Shown here: positions 1-9,912 of the stretch, piece by piece
Layout of the letters: each line of letters begins with the position of its first letter
Numbering within the stretch: the stretch's first letter is position 1
NCBI GenBank assembly: GCA_042852035.1
Contig: BAAFHK010000001.1
Coordinates: forward strand, 510,001 to 542,000
DNA: 32,000 bases
DNA from: Candidatus Saccharimonadota bacterium
Lineage (GTDB): Bacteria; Patescibacteriota; Gracilibacteria; BD1-5; UBA2023
Direction: 5' to 3'
The notes under the pieces: generated by a model
Told to the model about the DNA's origin: nothing
Database searches by the model: none
The model's input: only the letters and a program-made list of their open reading frames with translations
Program-made: the position numbers and the translations under genes

Positions 1-483
1 GGATGACTTCGATACTTTCTCTACGAGTACGAACAATATCTTCTCGAATCTTCGAAGAATTCTACTGCAAAAATCACATGGGAGAAGTTTACCAAAGAAC
101 AGGATATGATATCTATAGAGCATATTCTTCCTCAAACACCCGATAAATCTTGTTGGTCACATTTTGTATCACAGTATAGTCCTGAAGAAATGAATTACTT
201 TACGAATACTCTCTGAAATCTTCTCGCTCTCTCACAACCAAAAAACAGTAGTCTCCAAAATGATTGTTATGAAAATAAGCGAGTTGACGGAGAAAAGAAT
301 CGATGATATTTCAATGGATCATATTCGGAATGTAGAGTTGCTGAGACTTATAAGGAATGGACTCCTTATTCTATAAAAGAGCGAGGACTTGAACTCCTCG
401 GATTCATGGAAGAGAGATGGAATATTAATCTCGGGGATGATACTACAAAGATGAAGTTATTGAATCTTGAGTTTTTAGATTAA
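1..483 (+). CDS. C-terminal part of a DUF1524/GmrSD-type His-Me finger nuclease domain protein (5' end outside window)
   Basis: Frame 1 is open from nt 1 to TAA 481-483 if TGA 214-216 and 304-306 are read as Gly. Translation contains ISIEHILPQTP ... NTL(G)NLLALSQPKNSSLQND, the remembered DUF1524 motif pair (EHI.P..... LGNL.L....N). The first TGA sits on the G of LGNL. Confidence 0.7.
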
Positions 484-539
484 AAATTAACGATGCCATA
501 GCTTATGTCACAAATTATTTTCTTTCTATAAATTTTTTC

Positions 540-590
540 TTGCTTTCTTTAATATAAAGAGTAGTATAACCATACCCTATGGTTAGGTAT
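540..590 (+). promoter_or_regulatory. Candidate promoter (TTGCTT-16-TAGTAT) followed by a CsoR-type operator
   Basis: Two overlapping inverted repeats lie just downstream of the -10-like hexamer: AACCATA-ccc-TATGGTT (568-584) and ATACC-N9-GGTAT (572-590). ATACC...GGTAT arms resemble remembered Firmicute CsoR operators. The site is 19 nt upstream of the Cys-rich micro-ORF and about 190 nt upstream of csoR. Confidence 0.5.
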
Positions 591-608
591 ATTTAATAAT
601 AACTATTT

Positions 609-686
609 ATGACTACGAATAAATGCACATGCAATCCATGTACTTGCAAGACTTGTTCTTGCGGTGATGGAACATGTTGCAACTAA
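609..686 (+). CDS. 25-aa cysteine-rich metallothionein-like micro-protein
   Basis: ATG 609 to TAA 684-686 translates to MTTNKCTCNPCTCKTCSCGDGTCCN: 8 Cys in 25 residues, arranged as three CxC pairs spaced by two residues plus a terminal CC. It lies between a CsoR-type operator and csoR. Too short for the 60-aa ORF track. Confidence 0.55.
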   Translation: MTTNKCTCNPCTCKTCSCGDGTCCN

Positions 687-699
687 ATTGCACATAAAA

Positions 700-715
700 T
701 CCCGCGGATGCGGGA
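700..715 (+). terminator. GC-rich hairpin after the micro-ORF (weak terminator or attenuator)
   Basis: TCCCGC-ggat-GCGGGA is a perfect 6-bp GC stem in an AT-rich context, 14 nt after the stop codon. No clean U-tract follows. Confidence 0.3.
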
Positions 716-736
716 GGTACTTTCGCTAAAAAGTAA

Positions 737-748
737 TTTGAATATACT
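737..748 (+). promoter_or_regulatory. -10 region (TTTGAATATACT) for csoR
   Basis: The same TTTGAATAT(A/G)(C/A)T motif heads both copies of the 275-bp element (14281-14292, 16400-16411). It lies 34 nt upstream of the csoR ATG. Confidence 0.4.
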
Positions 749-781
749 GAAATCATAGGGTTTTTCAATATAATTTTCAAT

Positions 782-1054
782 ATGATAATTTCAAAAGATA
801 AAATACAGCTCAATATCAAGAAGGCAATGGGAACACTTGCCAAGGTTCAAAAGATGATAGATGACGATGTGTACTGTGCTGATGTTGCCCACCAGATAAA
901 TGCGTCTATGGGGTTATTGCAAAGTGCAAATCGTGAACTTCTCAAAAATCACCTCTCTTGTTGTGGAACAAAGGCTCTTTCATCTGAATGAAAGGAAAAA
1001 GAAGATTTTATCGAAGAACTGGTTCGGACTTGGGATATTGCTACCAGAAAATAA
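782..1054 (+). CDS. csoR: CsoR-family copper-sensing transcriptional repressor
   Basis: ATG 782 to TAA 1052-1054 with TGA 989-991 read as Gly (90 aa). DUF156-like sequence: ...MIDDDVYCADVAHQINA...LLKNHLSCC.... Spacing Cys32-His57-Cys61 (25 and 4 residues) matches the x-C-H-C Cu(I) fingerprint of M. tuberculosis CsoR (C36/H61/C65). Confidence 0.85.
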
Positions 1055-1096
1055 TTTGCCTTTTATCTCAGTATCGCATATACTCAGATCCATTCT

Positions 1097-1495
1097 ATGG
1101 TATTTCTTTATAAAAAACTCATCAGTATTAGTATACTTCTTGCTGTATTTCTTTTTGGAAATATGGCTATTGTGCATGCTGTATCGGAGCTGTCTCATAC
1201 AAAAACAATCTCCCATACTCATGATGGCATCACAGAGTCCCATACGGTATCTACTACATCAGAAGATAAAGAACCTCCCCATTGTACACAGACGAAGATA
1301 GATACAAACATTATTCAACAAGTCAGAGATAACGCTGATATACCAGATATAGGAAAAACAGTGGTTTACTTGTATATCGGATGAGATATAAAAACGGATT
1401 CGATCACTCAGGATACCTATTTTCAGTACTATCCTTGAAGTGAAAATCATTTTTTCTGACATTTGCTTGTAGGAGAGACTATATTAGTGCTTTAG
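1097..1495 (+). CDS. Membrane-anchored His-rich hypothetical protein
   Basis: ATG 1097 to TAG 1493-1495 with three in-frame TGA (132 aa). N-terminal hydrophobic anchor LISISILLAVFLFGNMAIVHA, then SHTKTISHTHDGITESHTV...PPHC. No family recognised. Confidence 0.5.
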
Positions 1496-1512
1496 AAAGT
1501 ATCTCTTTTTCT

Positions 1513-1531
1513 GTATACCTTTTTGGTATGC
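1513..1531 (+). promoter_or_regulatory. Second ATACC/GGTAT inverted repeat (candidate CsoR operator, alternatively a weak terminator)
   Basis: GTATACC-ttttt-GGTATGC shares the ATACC/GGTAT arms of the 572-590 site with a shorter spacer. It lies 32 nt upstream of the membrane-fusion-protein ATG and 18 nt after the preceding stop. Confidence 0.35.
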
Positions 1532-1562
1532 GGATTTTTTGTATTTTCCTAAATCAATTTTT

Positions 1563-3509
1563 ATGACAACTAAAAGTAATATTTTTTATCTTGCTATAAC
1601 AGGAATCTTTTCATCTATTTTAGCAGGATATATTCTCGTAGGAGCACATGGTGGACATGGGGACGAAGAAGCAGAAAATCTCGGATGAGATTCTTCTGTC
1701 ACACTCTCGACATGAGCTACTTTTACCACACTACAAGTAGCAGATATGAGTAACCTCTCAATACCCACCTATCCATGAACAGTACTATCAGATAACTATG
1801 GGTCGATATTTCCAGAACGCCAGTGAATCATAGGGGAACTTCTCGTAAGTCTCGGAGATACCGTGAAAAAATGACAACGAGTTGCTACCATCAATGCTCC
1901 TACTAATACTCCAGAAATGGTGAGTATGGTAGCATGACAACGAGCTGAAATTGCTATAGCTCAATGAGAGCTTCAGAGTGCGAAAGAAAAACTCATCTAC
2001 ATTAATGATGTTGTTGCGAGTCCAAATAGTTCTTTTCGACAAGCGTATGATGTTCAGAGAAAAGCTCTAGATATTCAGTATGAAGTACAGAAAAAACAAC
2101 TTGATGCAAAAATCGCAAGCCTCAGGGCAAATCTCGAAGCAAGATGAGTAGTCATAGAGAGCAGTAGACAAGCGAGTAGTGCTACCATAGCAGAAAATAC
2201 TCAAAAACAAGAAACTGCTAAAAAATATCTTATCGGAAAAGCAAATGAGGCAATCGCTGAGCTTCTTACCATTTTCTATAACTGAGATCGGAATAATCTT
2301 GGTATTAATACAACTTCATATGTATTTTATTGGTGATATAACTCAAACTGGTGATCACTTGGTGTAAATGATCGACAGAAGATATTGGATATACCTGAAA
2401 GGTTTCATAAAAATATGCAAACCATAATGCCTATGTATCCTCTTTCAACGGAAATATCGACTATAGATCTCAGTAGAACCCTCCGTTCACTCGAATCACT
2501 GATCAATGATGCAAATTCTATTTATGCAATTATTTGACCCGCATCGACTACAAATTATACCGAAAATAAACAAGAACTTTTATCGCTCCTTTCTGGAGAT
2601 AACGGCATTCTTATACTTCAATCCCGACTGATTGAGATAGAAAATGGAACACTCAGTGCTAACGCCACAGCATCATGAACATTATCTCAAGCAAATGCTG
2701 ATCTTATCGGACTCAAACAAGAAATGGCACTTCTTGAATCAGAACGTGATCTTCTAGAAGCAAATAAGAAAAAAGATTATGCAACACTCAGTGGTGAACA
2801 ATCTCTTTCGAGTGTAGATCTCGAAAAATTAAAAATCGAAGCACGCTCAGAGCAAATCGGCTCAGAAAATCGTGTGAGAGCTCTCCAGAATGCCCTTGGA
2901 GCAATACAGAGTACTATGAAAGTAAGTTATGCTGTCGCTCCTTTTGATGGTGTCATTTCTCGAAAAAATGTCAGTATCGGACAAACAGTAGATGTGACGA
3001 CCCCAATTTTTGATATTGCAGGAAAAAGTGAATCTCTTGATCTTTTTGTACGATTTGAAGTTCCTGTTGCTGAATACGCAACCATAAAACAATGACAGTC
3101 TATCCAAGTTAGTCTTCCTTGAATTGAGGCAGAGAGTACTCAGGCTGAAGTTACTCGATTTTCATCATCCGTGAATCAAGATACTCAGACAATTTCAGTA
3201 GAGGCTTCTATCGATACTTCCCATCTTCCTGTCGGAACACAAGTTCGTATAGTAAAGTCTGGACTTACAGGAACTGGATACATAGAAATTCCGAAGACAA
3301 GTATTCTCGAAGAATGAGAAGAATCATATGTCTATAAAGTTCTTCCGAATAATACTTTGAAAAAATGGAAAATCACTTATGAGAATATCGGATGAAAATA
3401 CATCATTACCGAATGACTCAAGGCGGATACTCGTATAGTTACAGATGCTCAAGATGAACGATGGAAAGATAATATGGATGTGGGTGCGATTTTATCCACT
3501 AACCCATAG
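1563..3509 (+). CDS. Efflux RND periplasmic adaptor (HlyD/CusB-type membrane fusion protein), unusually long
   Basis: ATG 1563 to TAG 3507-3509 in frame 0 with many TGA read as Gly (648 aa). N-terminal TM (IFYLAITGIFSSILAGYILVG) followed by HGGHGDEE. Lipoyl/beta-barrel-like segments (GDTVKKGQRVATINAP; VAPFDGVISRKNVSIGQTV). A very long coiled-coil-like middle. Its stop is 5 nt before the RND pump start. Confidence 0.75.
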
Positions 3510-3514
3510 TCAAT

Positions 3515-6500
3515 ATGCTCAATAGTCTTATAAAATTTGCTCTCAATAGAAGACCTCTCGTTCTTTTTCTCTACCTTATTATCAGTATTTTTGGGATCTA
3601 TACACTCTCAAAACTCCCTGTCGATGTACTCCCAGATCTTAATCGTCCTCGTGTCACAGTATTTGCGGAAGCAGAAGGTATGAGTGCTGAAGATGTAGAA
3701 AAGATTGTTACACTTCCTCTAGAACGAACCTTGCGCACTATTGCTTCAGTAGATGCTGTGAGATCCAGTTCGGCTGGATGACTCTCGGTCGTGAATGTAG
3801 AATTCGATTGGTGAAGTAGTGTAAATATCAATCGTCAAAGAGTATATGAAAAAATAGCATCAGTCACTCTCCCTGATGGAGTACATCTCACTGTAGCTCC
3901 AGAATCAGCACTGATGGGAGAAGTTCTTTGGATGGGATTGACTTCGACAGATCCAAAGATAAGTCAATCAGACCTTCGTCTCTATGCTGAAACTGAGCTG
4001 AGACAATCTCTTTCTACTGTATCTGGTATTTCGAATCTTTTGATTATGTGAGGTTCTGCCCCACAGTACACTATCTCTATTGATCCTGCAAAACTTTCCC
4101 AAAAACACCTTACTATCGAAGATTTACAAAAATCACTTTCAGACATTACCAATCCTGGATGAGCTGGTATAGCTATAGATAAAAAATCAGAATACCCGAT
4201 TAAACTTAACCCCATACAAAATACTGAAGAAAAGATTGGATCTATTGCTCTTCCGAATGGCAATATCCTCAAAGATATAGCAAGTATAGAAGTCGGGAAA
4301 AATAGCCAAAGACGATGAGATGCGCTCATCGATGGAAAAGAATGAGTCATAATCCGAGTTTCGAAAGTGCCAAATGCAAATACGGTAGATCTCACAAATA
4401 CACTTCTTGCTAAAATTACTGAGATTCAAAAGACTCTCCCCAAATGAATAGAGCTTAACGATGATATTTTTCGTCAAACATGGTTCATCGAGAAGTGATT
4501 GACAAATGTAGAAGAAGCCCTTAGGGATGCAGCGATTATCGTAGCGATTATCGTAGTACTCTTTCTTCTGAATGCTCGTACTGCATTCATTACAATGATC
4601 TCTCTTCCGATTACACTTCTTTTATCAGCAATAGTGTTCTATATTTTCTGAGTTGGGATCAATATTATGGTACTCGGAGGGCTTACTATTGCTATCGGAG
4701 AACTCGTGGATGATGCTATAGTGGATATGGAAAATATTTTTAGACGGTTACGACTGAATGCACTCCTTCCAAGCGAAGAACGTATTCATCATCTGAAAGT
4801 AATATTTGAAGCGTCGAAAGAAGTACGATGAAGTGTAGTTTACGCTACTATTCTTCAGCTTATAGTATTTATTCCATTTCTTCTTCTTCCATGAATCGAT
4901 GGGAAAATACTTGCCCCTATCGGTATGGCATATATTACTTCGATGATTATGTCACTCCTCGTAGCGGTGACTTTTGTTCCTGTCATATGTAGCTATCTCC
5001 TTCCTACATGGATCGAAAAACGTCATGGGAAAATATCTGAAGATACTTGGTTTACGGAAAAACTCAAACACTGGGCAAAATGACCAATTCTCTGGAGTCT
5101 CAAAAATCCACAGAAAGCCCTCCTGTTTGCTCTTTTATCCATACCACTTACTCTACTTGGATACGTGATGGCAAGTGAAGAATGACTTCCTGCATTTAAC
5201 GAATCAAGTTATACGATTTCCATCACCACAAAACCCTGAAGTTCACTGGAATACACACTCGATATTACAAAAAATTTCTCTCTGGAACTCAGAAAGATCT
5301 CATGAATCGAACGAGCTGGAGCGATTCTCTGACGTGCTGATGCTGATGCTCATGCTCAATGATCGAATAATGCAGAAATCGAAGTGGCACTCGCACCAGA
5401 TGTAACCAATGAAGAAAAAGCGAGAATCTATGATGAAATAAATGGCGTAATCGGGAAGTATAAACAAGTTGCCGTCATTGGTATAGGACAACCTATTACA
5501 CATAGAGTAGAAGAAATTATTTCAGGAATTCGTGCCCCACTCGTTATCAAGGTTTTCGGGGAAGATCTGGATACCTTAGAAACACTCGGAAAGCAGATCG
5601 TAGAAATCACCAATACTGTCGAAGGTACTCTCAATATTTCCCTAGAATCTCAAACAAAAATCCCAAGTATTACCGTCACGCCAAATACCCCATCTCTTGT
5701 CTCACAGAAAGTAAACTACAATGAAGTAAAGGAACTTCTTGATGTGGGAATCGGAGGACAAGAAGTCGCACGCGTGATAGAGTGACAAAATTCCTATCCT
5801 GTTGTTATGCGTTTTCCGATCTCATGGACAAGTACGCCAGAATCCATAAGAAGTATTCCTTTTTGGCTATCTGATGAACGAACATTTTTTATCGGAAATG
5901 TTGCGAATGTAGAACTTGGGAAATCGAGAAACATTATCAATCATGAAAACTCAGCGAGACGTATAGTTATATCATGATATACAAAAGATCGTTCCATAGT
6001 CGATGTAGTCGATGATATAAAGAAAGAAGTGGAAAAACTCGATATACCTTCAGGGTATAGAGTTTCGTATGAGGGACTATATTCTGCTCAAAAAGAATCC
6101 TCAAAACTTCTGATGTTTATCTCTATTGGTGTCCTTCTTGCTCTTTTTGGAATCCTTTATTGGCATTTTGGAAGTATTGTACTCGTGCTTCAGATATTTC
6201 TCGGTATTGTCACGGGGTGGTTCTGAGGAATTCTCTGAGTTTGGCTCACGGGAGGAGTTATATCTACCGCTCATCTTGTAGGATTTATCGCACTCATGGG
6301 TATCGTATCGAGAAATGGTATCATGCTCATTGATCATTATAAGCATCTCTGTCTCGAAGAATGACTTCCTTTTGATAAAAATACTATTCTCAAAGGATCT
6401 CTTGAACGTATCGTCCCTGTTTCTATGACAGCACTTTCTGCTATTCTTGGTCTTCTTCCTCTCGTTCTCTGAGCAGGTGATGCAGGGAAGGAAATGCTAT

Positions 6501-6640
6501 CACCGATAGCAACAGTGATATTTTGGTGATTGTTTGTTTCCACGCTTATTGAACTTGCTCTCAGACCATGAATTTTCTATAGATATTATCGTGAAGGTTT
6601 TCATCCGAAAGCATCAAAAAATACTTATATAGTCGAATAA
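3515..6640 (+). CDS. CusA/CzcA-family heavy-metal efflux RND transporter
   Basis: ATG 3515 to TAA 6638-6640, a single frame-2 reading with TGA = Gly (1041 aa). Typical N-terminus [18 protein letters not shown]...[17 protein letters not shown](G)SS at TGA 3812-3814. (G)LPAFNESS and [10 protein letters not shown](G)SNNAEIEV blocks. C-terminal TM bundle. Confidence 0.9.
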
Positions 6641-6660
6641 TTTATTTTCTCACCTTTTCT

Positions 6661-6674
6661 TTATGGATCCATAA
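6661..6674. promoter_or_regulatory. Perfect 14-bp palindrome TTATGGATCCATAA upstream of the DUF305 gene
   Basis: Read directly from the sequence. It lies 51 nt upstream of ATG 6725. The TATGG/CCATA half-sites also occur in the 568-584 repeat, in the opposite arrangement. Confidence 0.3.
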
Positions 6675-6724
6675 TAATTCTCTTTTCTATTGTTGTTCAT
6701 CTTCTTATTTTTTACCTATTTTTT

Positions 6725-7396
6725 ATGAAAACTTCTATCATCATCGGACTTATCGTCCTCTCATCTCTCGCTCTCGCTAGTTGTAGTGATACCACTCAGA
6801 AGACTCCTATATCTACGAATCCTGCACCAACCTCTTCTGTTACATCGACTTCCACTCCAAAAACTACTTCCGCAACATCGACTAATACATCTATGGCAGG
6901 TATGGATCATTCAAAAATGGATATGGGGACTTCTACAGATAGCGGAAATATGACATCTATGGATCATATGTGAGCTTCTACAGAAGAGGAATTCATCGCT
7001 AATATGATCCCCCATCATCAAGAAGCTGTCGACACTGCGAGTATTATCGTAGCAAAAACTGAAAATGTAGAGCTCAAAAAAATTGCACAAAATATTGTTT
7101 CGGCTCAGAAAACAGAAATAAGTCTTCTGAATTCTTGGATGAAGACATGGTATCCAAATAGTACCCTCAAAATAAATTATATGCCTATGATGCGTGATCT
7201 CTCAAAACTTTCTGATCATGATCTTGATGATGCATTTATGGAAGATATGGTTAAGCATCATGAGTGAGCGGTGCATATGGCAGAAGAAGTTCTTGAAGTA
7301 TCTCAACGACCTGAAATTGTCCAGATGGCAAATGATATTATTCGTACACAAAATGCAGAAATCAAGAAATTTAAGGAACTTCTTGGAAATCATTAA
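6725..7396 (+). CDS. DUF305-family lipoprotein (copper-resistance associated)
   Basis: ATG 6725 to TAA 7394-7396 with TGA 6971-6973 and 7265-7267 as Gly (223 aa). Lipobox LALASC, S/T-rich linker with MDHSKMDMG/MTSMDHM. Two DUF305-like repeats: MIPHHQEAVDTA and MVKHHE(G)AVHMA. Confidence 0.8.
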
Positions 7397-7414
7397 TTTT
7401 TTATCCCTATTTTT

Positions 7415-8089
7415 ATGAATCAAAAAGATTGTTGTCATATCGAAGAGAAGGCATCACTTAAGCCCTTATACCTACTCCTTGTAGGTATTGGATGAGTGAG
7501 TATTGGTCTTACTCTTCTTTTCCCTATAAATACCTTCATGATGTACCTGATGGGTGTATGGTTTCTAGCTTTTGGATTACTAAAGCTTTACGATCTCCGT
7601 GGTTTTGTAGAAGCATTCTGCCAGTATGATTTTATTGCAAGAAAATTAAAGTTATATGGATATATCCTTCCTTTTTTAGAAATAATCCTTGGTCTTATCT
7701 ACATACTCAATACGAGTATGCTCTATATGACAGCGGTAAATGTAGTAGCTCTTATTATTTCTCTACTTGGTATAGTCAGTGCCTATTCGGTTGTGAAATC
7801 AGGAAAACAGATCGCATGTGCATGTATGTGAACAAAGTGGAAACTTCCAATGACAAAAGTTACTGTATTGGAAAATCTTTTTATGGCTTTTATGGTTGTA
7901 TATATGTTTATATATCCTGAATCCATGATGAATATGACTGATATGAATACTGGGAGTCATGTTATGCAGGTAGATGAAAGCACCATTATGTCTTCTGAAA
8001 TGATGACACCCTCATCAAATAATGATGATGTTATGCGTGAACACTGTAAAATGATGCCAGAAATGGTGGGCTGTGAAAAATATAGATAA
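7415..8089 (+). CDS. MauE/DoxX-like integral membrane protein with Cys/Met-rich C-terminal tail
   Basis: ATG 7415 to TAA 8087-8089 (224 aa). N-terminal CCH, four hydrophobic segments. ACACM(G)TKWKLPMT resembles the CxCxG motif of MauE-type proteins. The tail ends ...DVMREHCKMMPEMVGCEKYR. Confidence 0.65.
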
Positions 8090-8108
8090 TTCTTAACCTT
8101 ATCCGTAT

Positions 8109-9854
8109 ATGAAAAAACTCCTTTTAATATTCCTTATTCCTGTATTGCTTTGAAGTTGTAGTATTGTTTGACTAAACAATCCTCAAAATAAGGAACAAAC
8201 ATCCGTACAGGTTATAACATCAACTGAAAATCCACAGGACGCTATGATGCGTGAACACTGTAAAATGATGCCGAGTATGGCAGGTTGTGAAAAATACAAA
8301 AATGATGCCAATACAAATAATTCAACTAAGAAAAGTTTGAATGAACTTATCTTGGTAGATGACGAAACAACCACTGATGTAAAACCAACAGAAGTAGTCA
8401 ATCTGAAAGATGGAGATACTTATGACCTCACTATACAAAAAGTTCGTAAGGTTATAAATGGTAAGACCTTTATTATGCTTTCGTATAATGGAAGTATCCC
8501 TTGACCAACTTTCCGTGCTCCAAAAGGTGCAACAATAAAGTTTAAGGTTCGTAATACTGTAAAGGAACTTGCCACGACTATTCATCCACACGGTGTACGG
8601 CTCAACTATCTCTATGATGGTGTACCAAAAGACCAAGGTGGAGCACAAGACCCAATTAAAGTAGGCGATGTGTACGAACAAATTATTACTTTTCCAGATA
8701 CTGGAGTGATGTGGTATCATCCACACACACGAGATGACTTCGAACAAGAACTTGGTGAATATGGAACATTTCAGATATACGACCCGAATGAAAAACCAAC
8801 AGTAGATAGTCAAAATGTCATTACACTTGATGATGTTCTTATAGAAAATGGAGTTATTCCACCATTTGAACAAGATACCGTAAATTATACCCTGATGGGT
8901 CGCTATGGAAATACAATGTTTGTAAATGGAAATACAGACTTCTCACTCACAATCAAACAAGGGGAAATAAAGAGGCTCTATCTCATCAATACTGCCAATG
9001 CAAGACCATTTGATTTTTCCATTCCTTGAGTGAAGATGAAATTGATCGGTGGTGATATGGGGTATTATGAAAATGAGAAGTTTGTAGACCACCTTATTAT
9101 ATCTCCCGCTGAACGCTACATAGTCGATATTATGGGTGAAAAATCTGGTAATTTTCCAGTGCAAAGTATCGGTGGTGGAAAAACTATTTCACTTGGAACA
9201 TTGACGGTAATGCCAAACACAACTCCCTCAATCTATAAAAAAGATTTCGAAACACTCAAAACTCATGATATTCTCTGAAATCTTAAAAATACACTTTCAT
9301 CCTACCAATCAAAAACACCAGATAAAAGTCTAAAAATCACCATGACCATGGAAGGAATGGATGGTATGGAATGAATGGGAGATATGGGTGGCATGCATCA
9401 TAATATGTGATGAATGGGTATGGGTGGTATGAGTATGGGAGACGAAAGTCCTGATGGTATAGAATGGGAAGATACAATGGCAATGATGAACTCAAATAGT
9501 ACCAATAAGACAACAAAATGGATACTCCGAGATGAACAAACAGGAAAAGAAGGTATGGATATAGATTGGAGTTTCAAAAAGTGAAGTCTTGTGAAAATAC
9601 GCCTTACGAATGATAAAGATGCTATGCACCCAATGCAACATCCATTCCATATGCACGGACAACGGTTTTTGATACTCAATCAAAATGGAACAGTAAATAC
9701 AAACTTTGTATGGAAAGATACAGTTCTCATACCAAAAGACCAATATGTAGATATTCTTGTAGATATGAATAATCCTTGAAACTGGATGGCACACTGTCAT
9801 ATCGTAGAGCACCTCTTCTCTGGTATGATGTTTGGATATAAAGTTATAGAATAA
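8109..9854 (+). CDS. Multicopper oxidase lipoprotein (CopA/CueO-like) with Met/Gly-rich loop
   Basis: ATG 8109 to TAA 9852-9854 in frame 0 (581 aa). Lipobox LL(G)SCS with TGA 8151-8153. Copper ligand motifs HPHGV, WYHPH, HPFHMHG, HCHIVEHLFSGMM. Met-rich insert MTMEGMDGME(G)MGDMGGMHHNM(GG)MGMGGMSMG. Confidence 0.9.
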
Positions 9855-9882
9855 TCTCTCTATGAATTGGAGAGAGTAGAAC

Positions 9883-9912
9883 AAATGGAATGAATACTAT
9901 TCATTCCATTTT
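9883..9912 (+). terminator. Rho-independent terminator after the multicopper oxidase gene
   Basis: AAATGGAATGA-atactat-TCATTCCATTT, an 11-bp perfect stem running into a T-run, 29 nt after the stop. Confidence 0.7.

Noticed and set aside
8322-8873. Long standard-code ORFs antisense to real genes (for example 8322-8873, 11325-11855, 15780-16238, 20878-21399, 29529-30245, 31164-31715)
   Set aside because: They overlap strongly supported genes on the other strand, have no recognisable motifs, and show odd composition (Ile/Phe/Ser/Cys-rich). They are shadow ORFs typical of AT-rich coding DNA.
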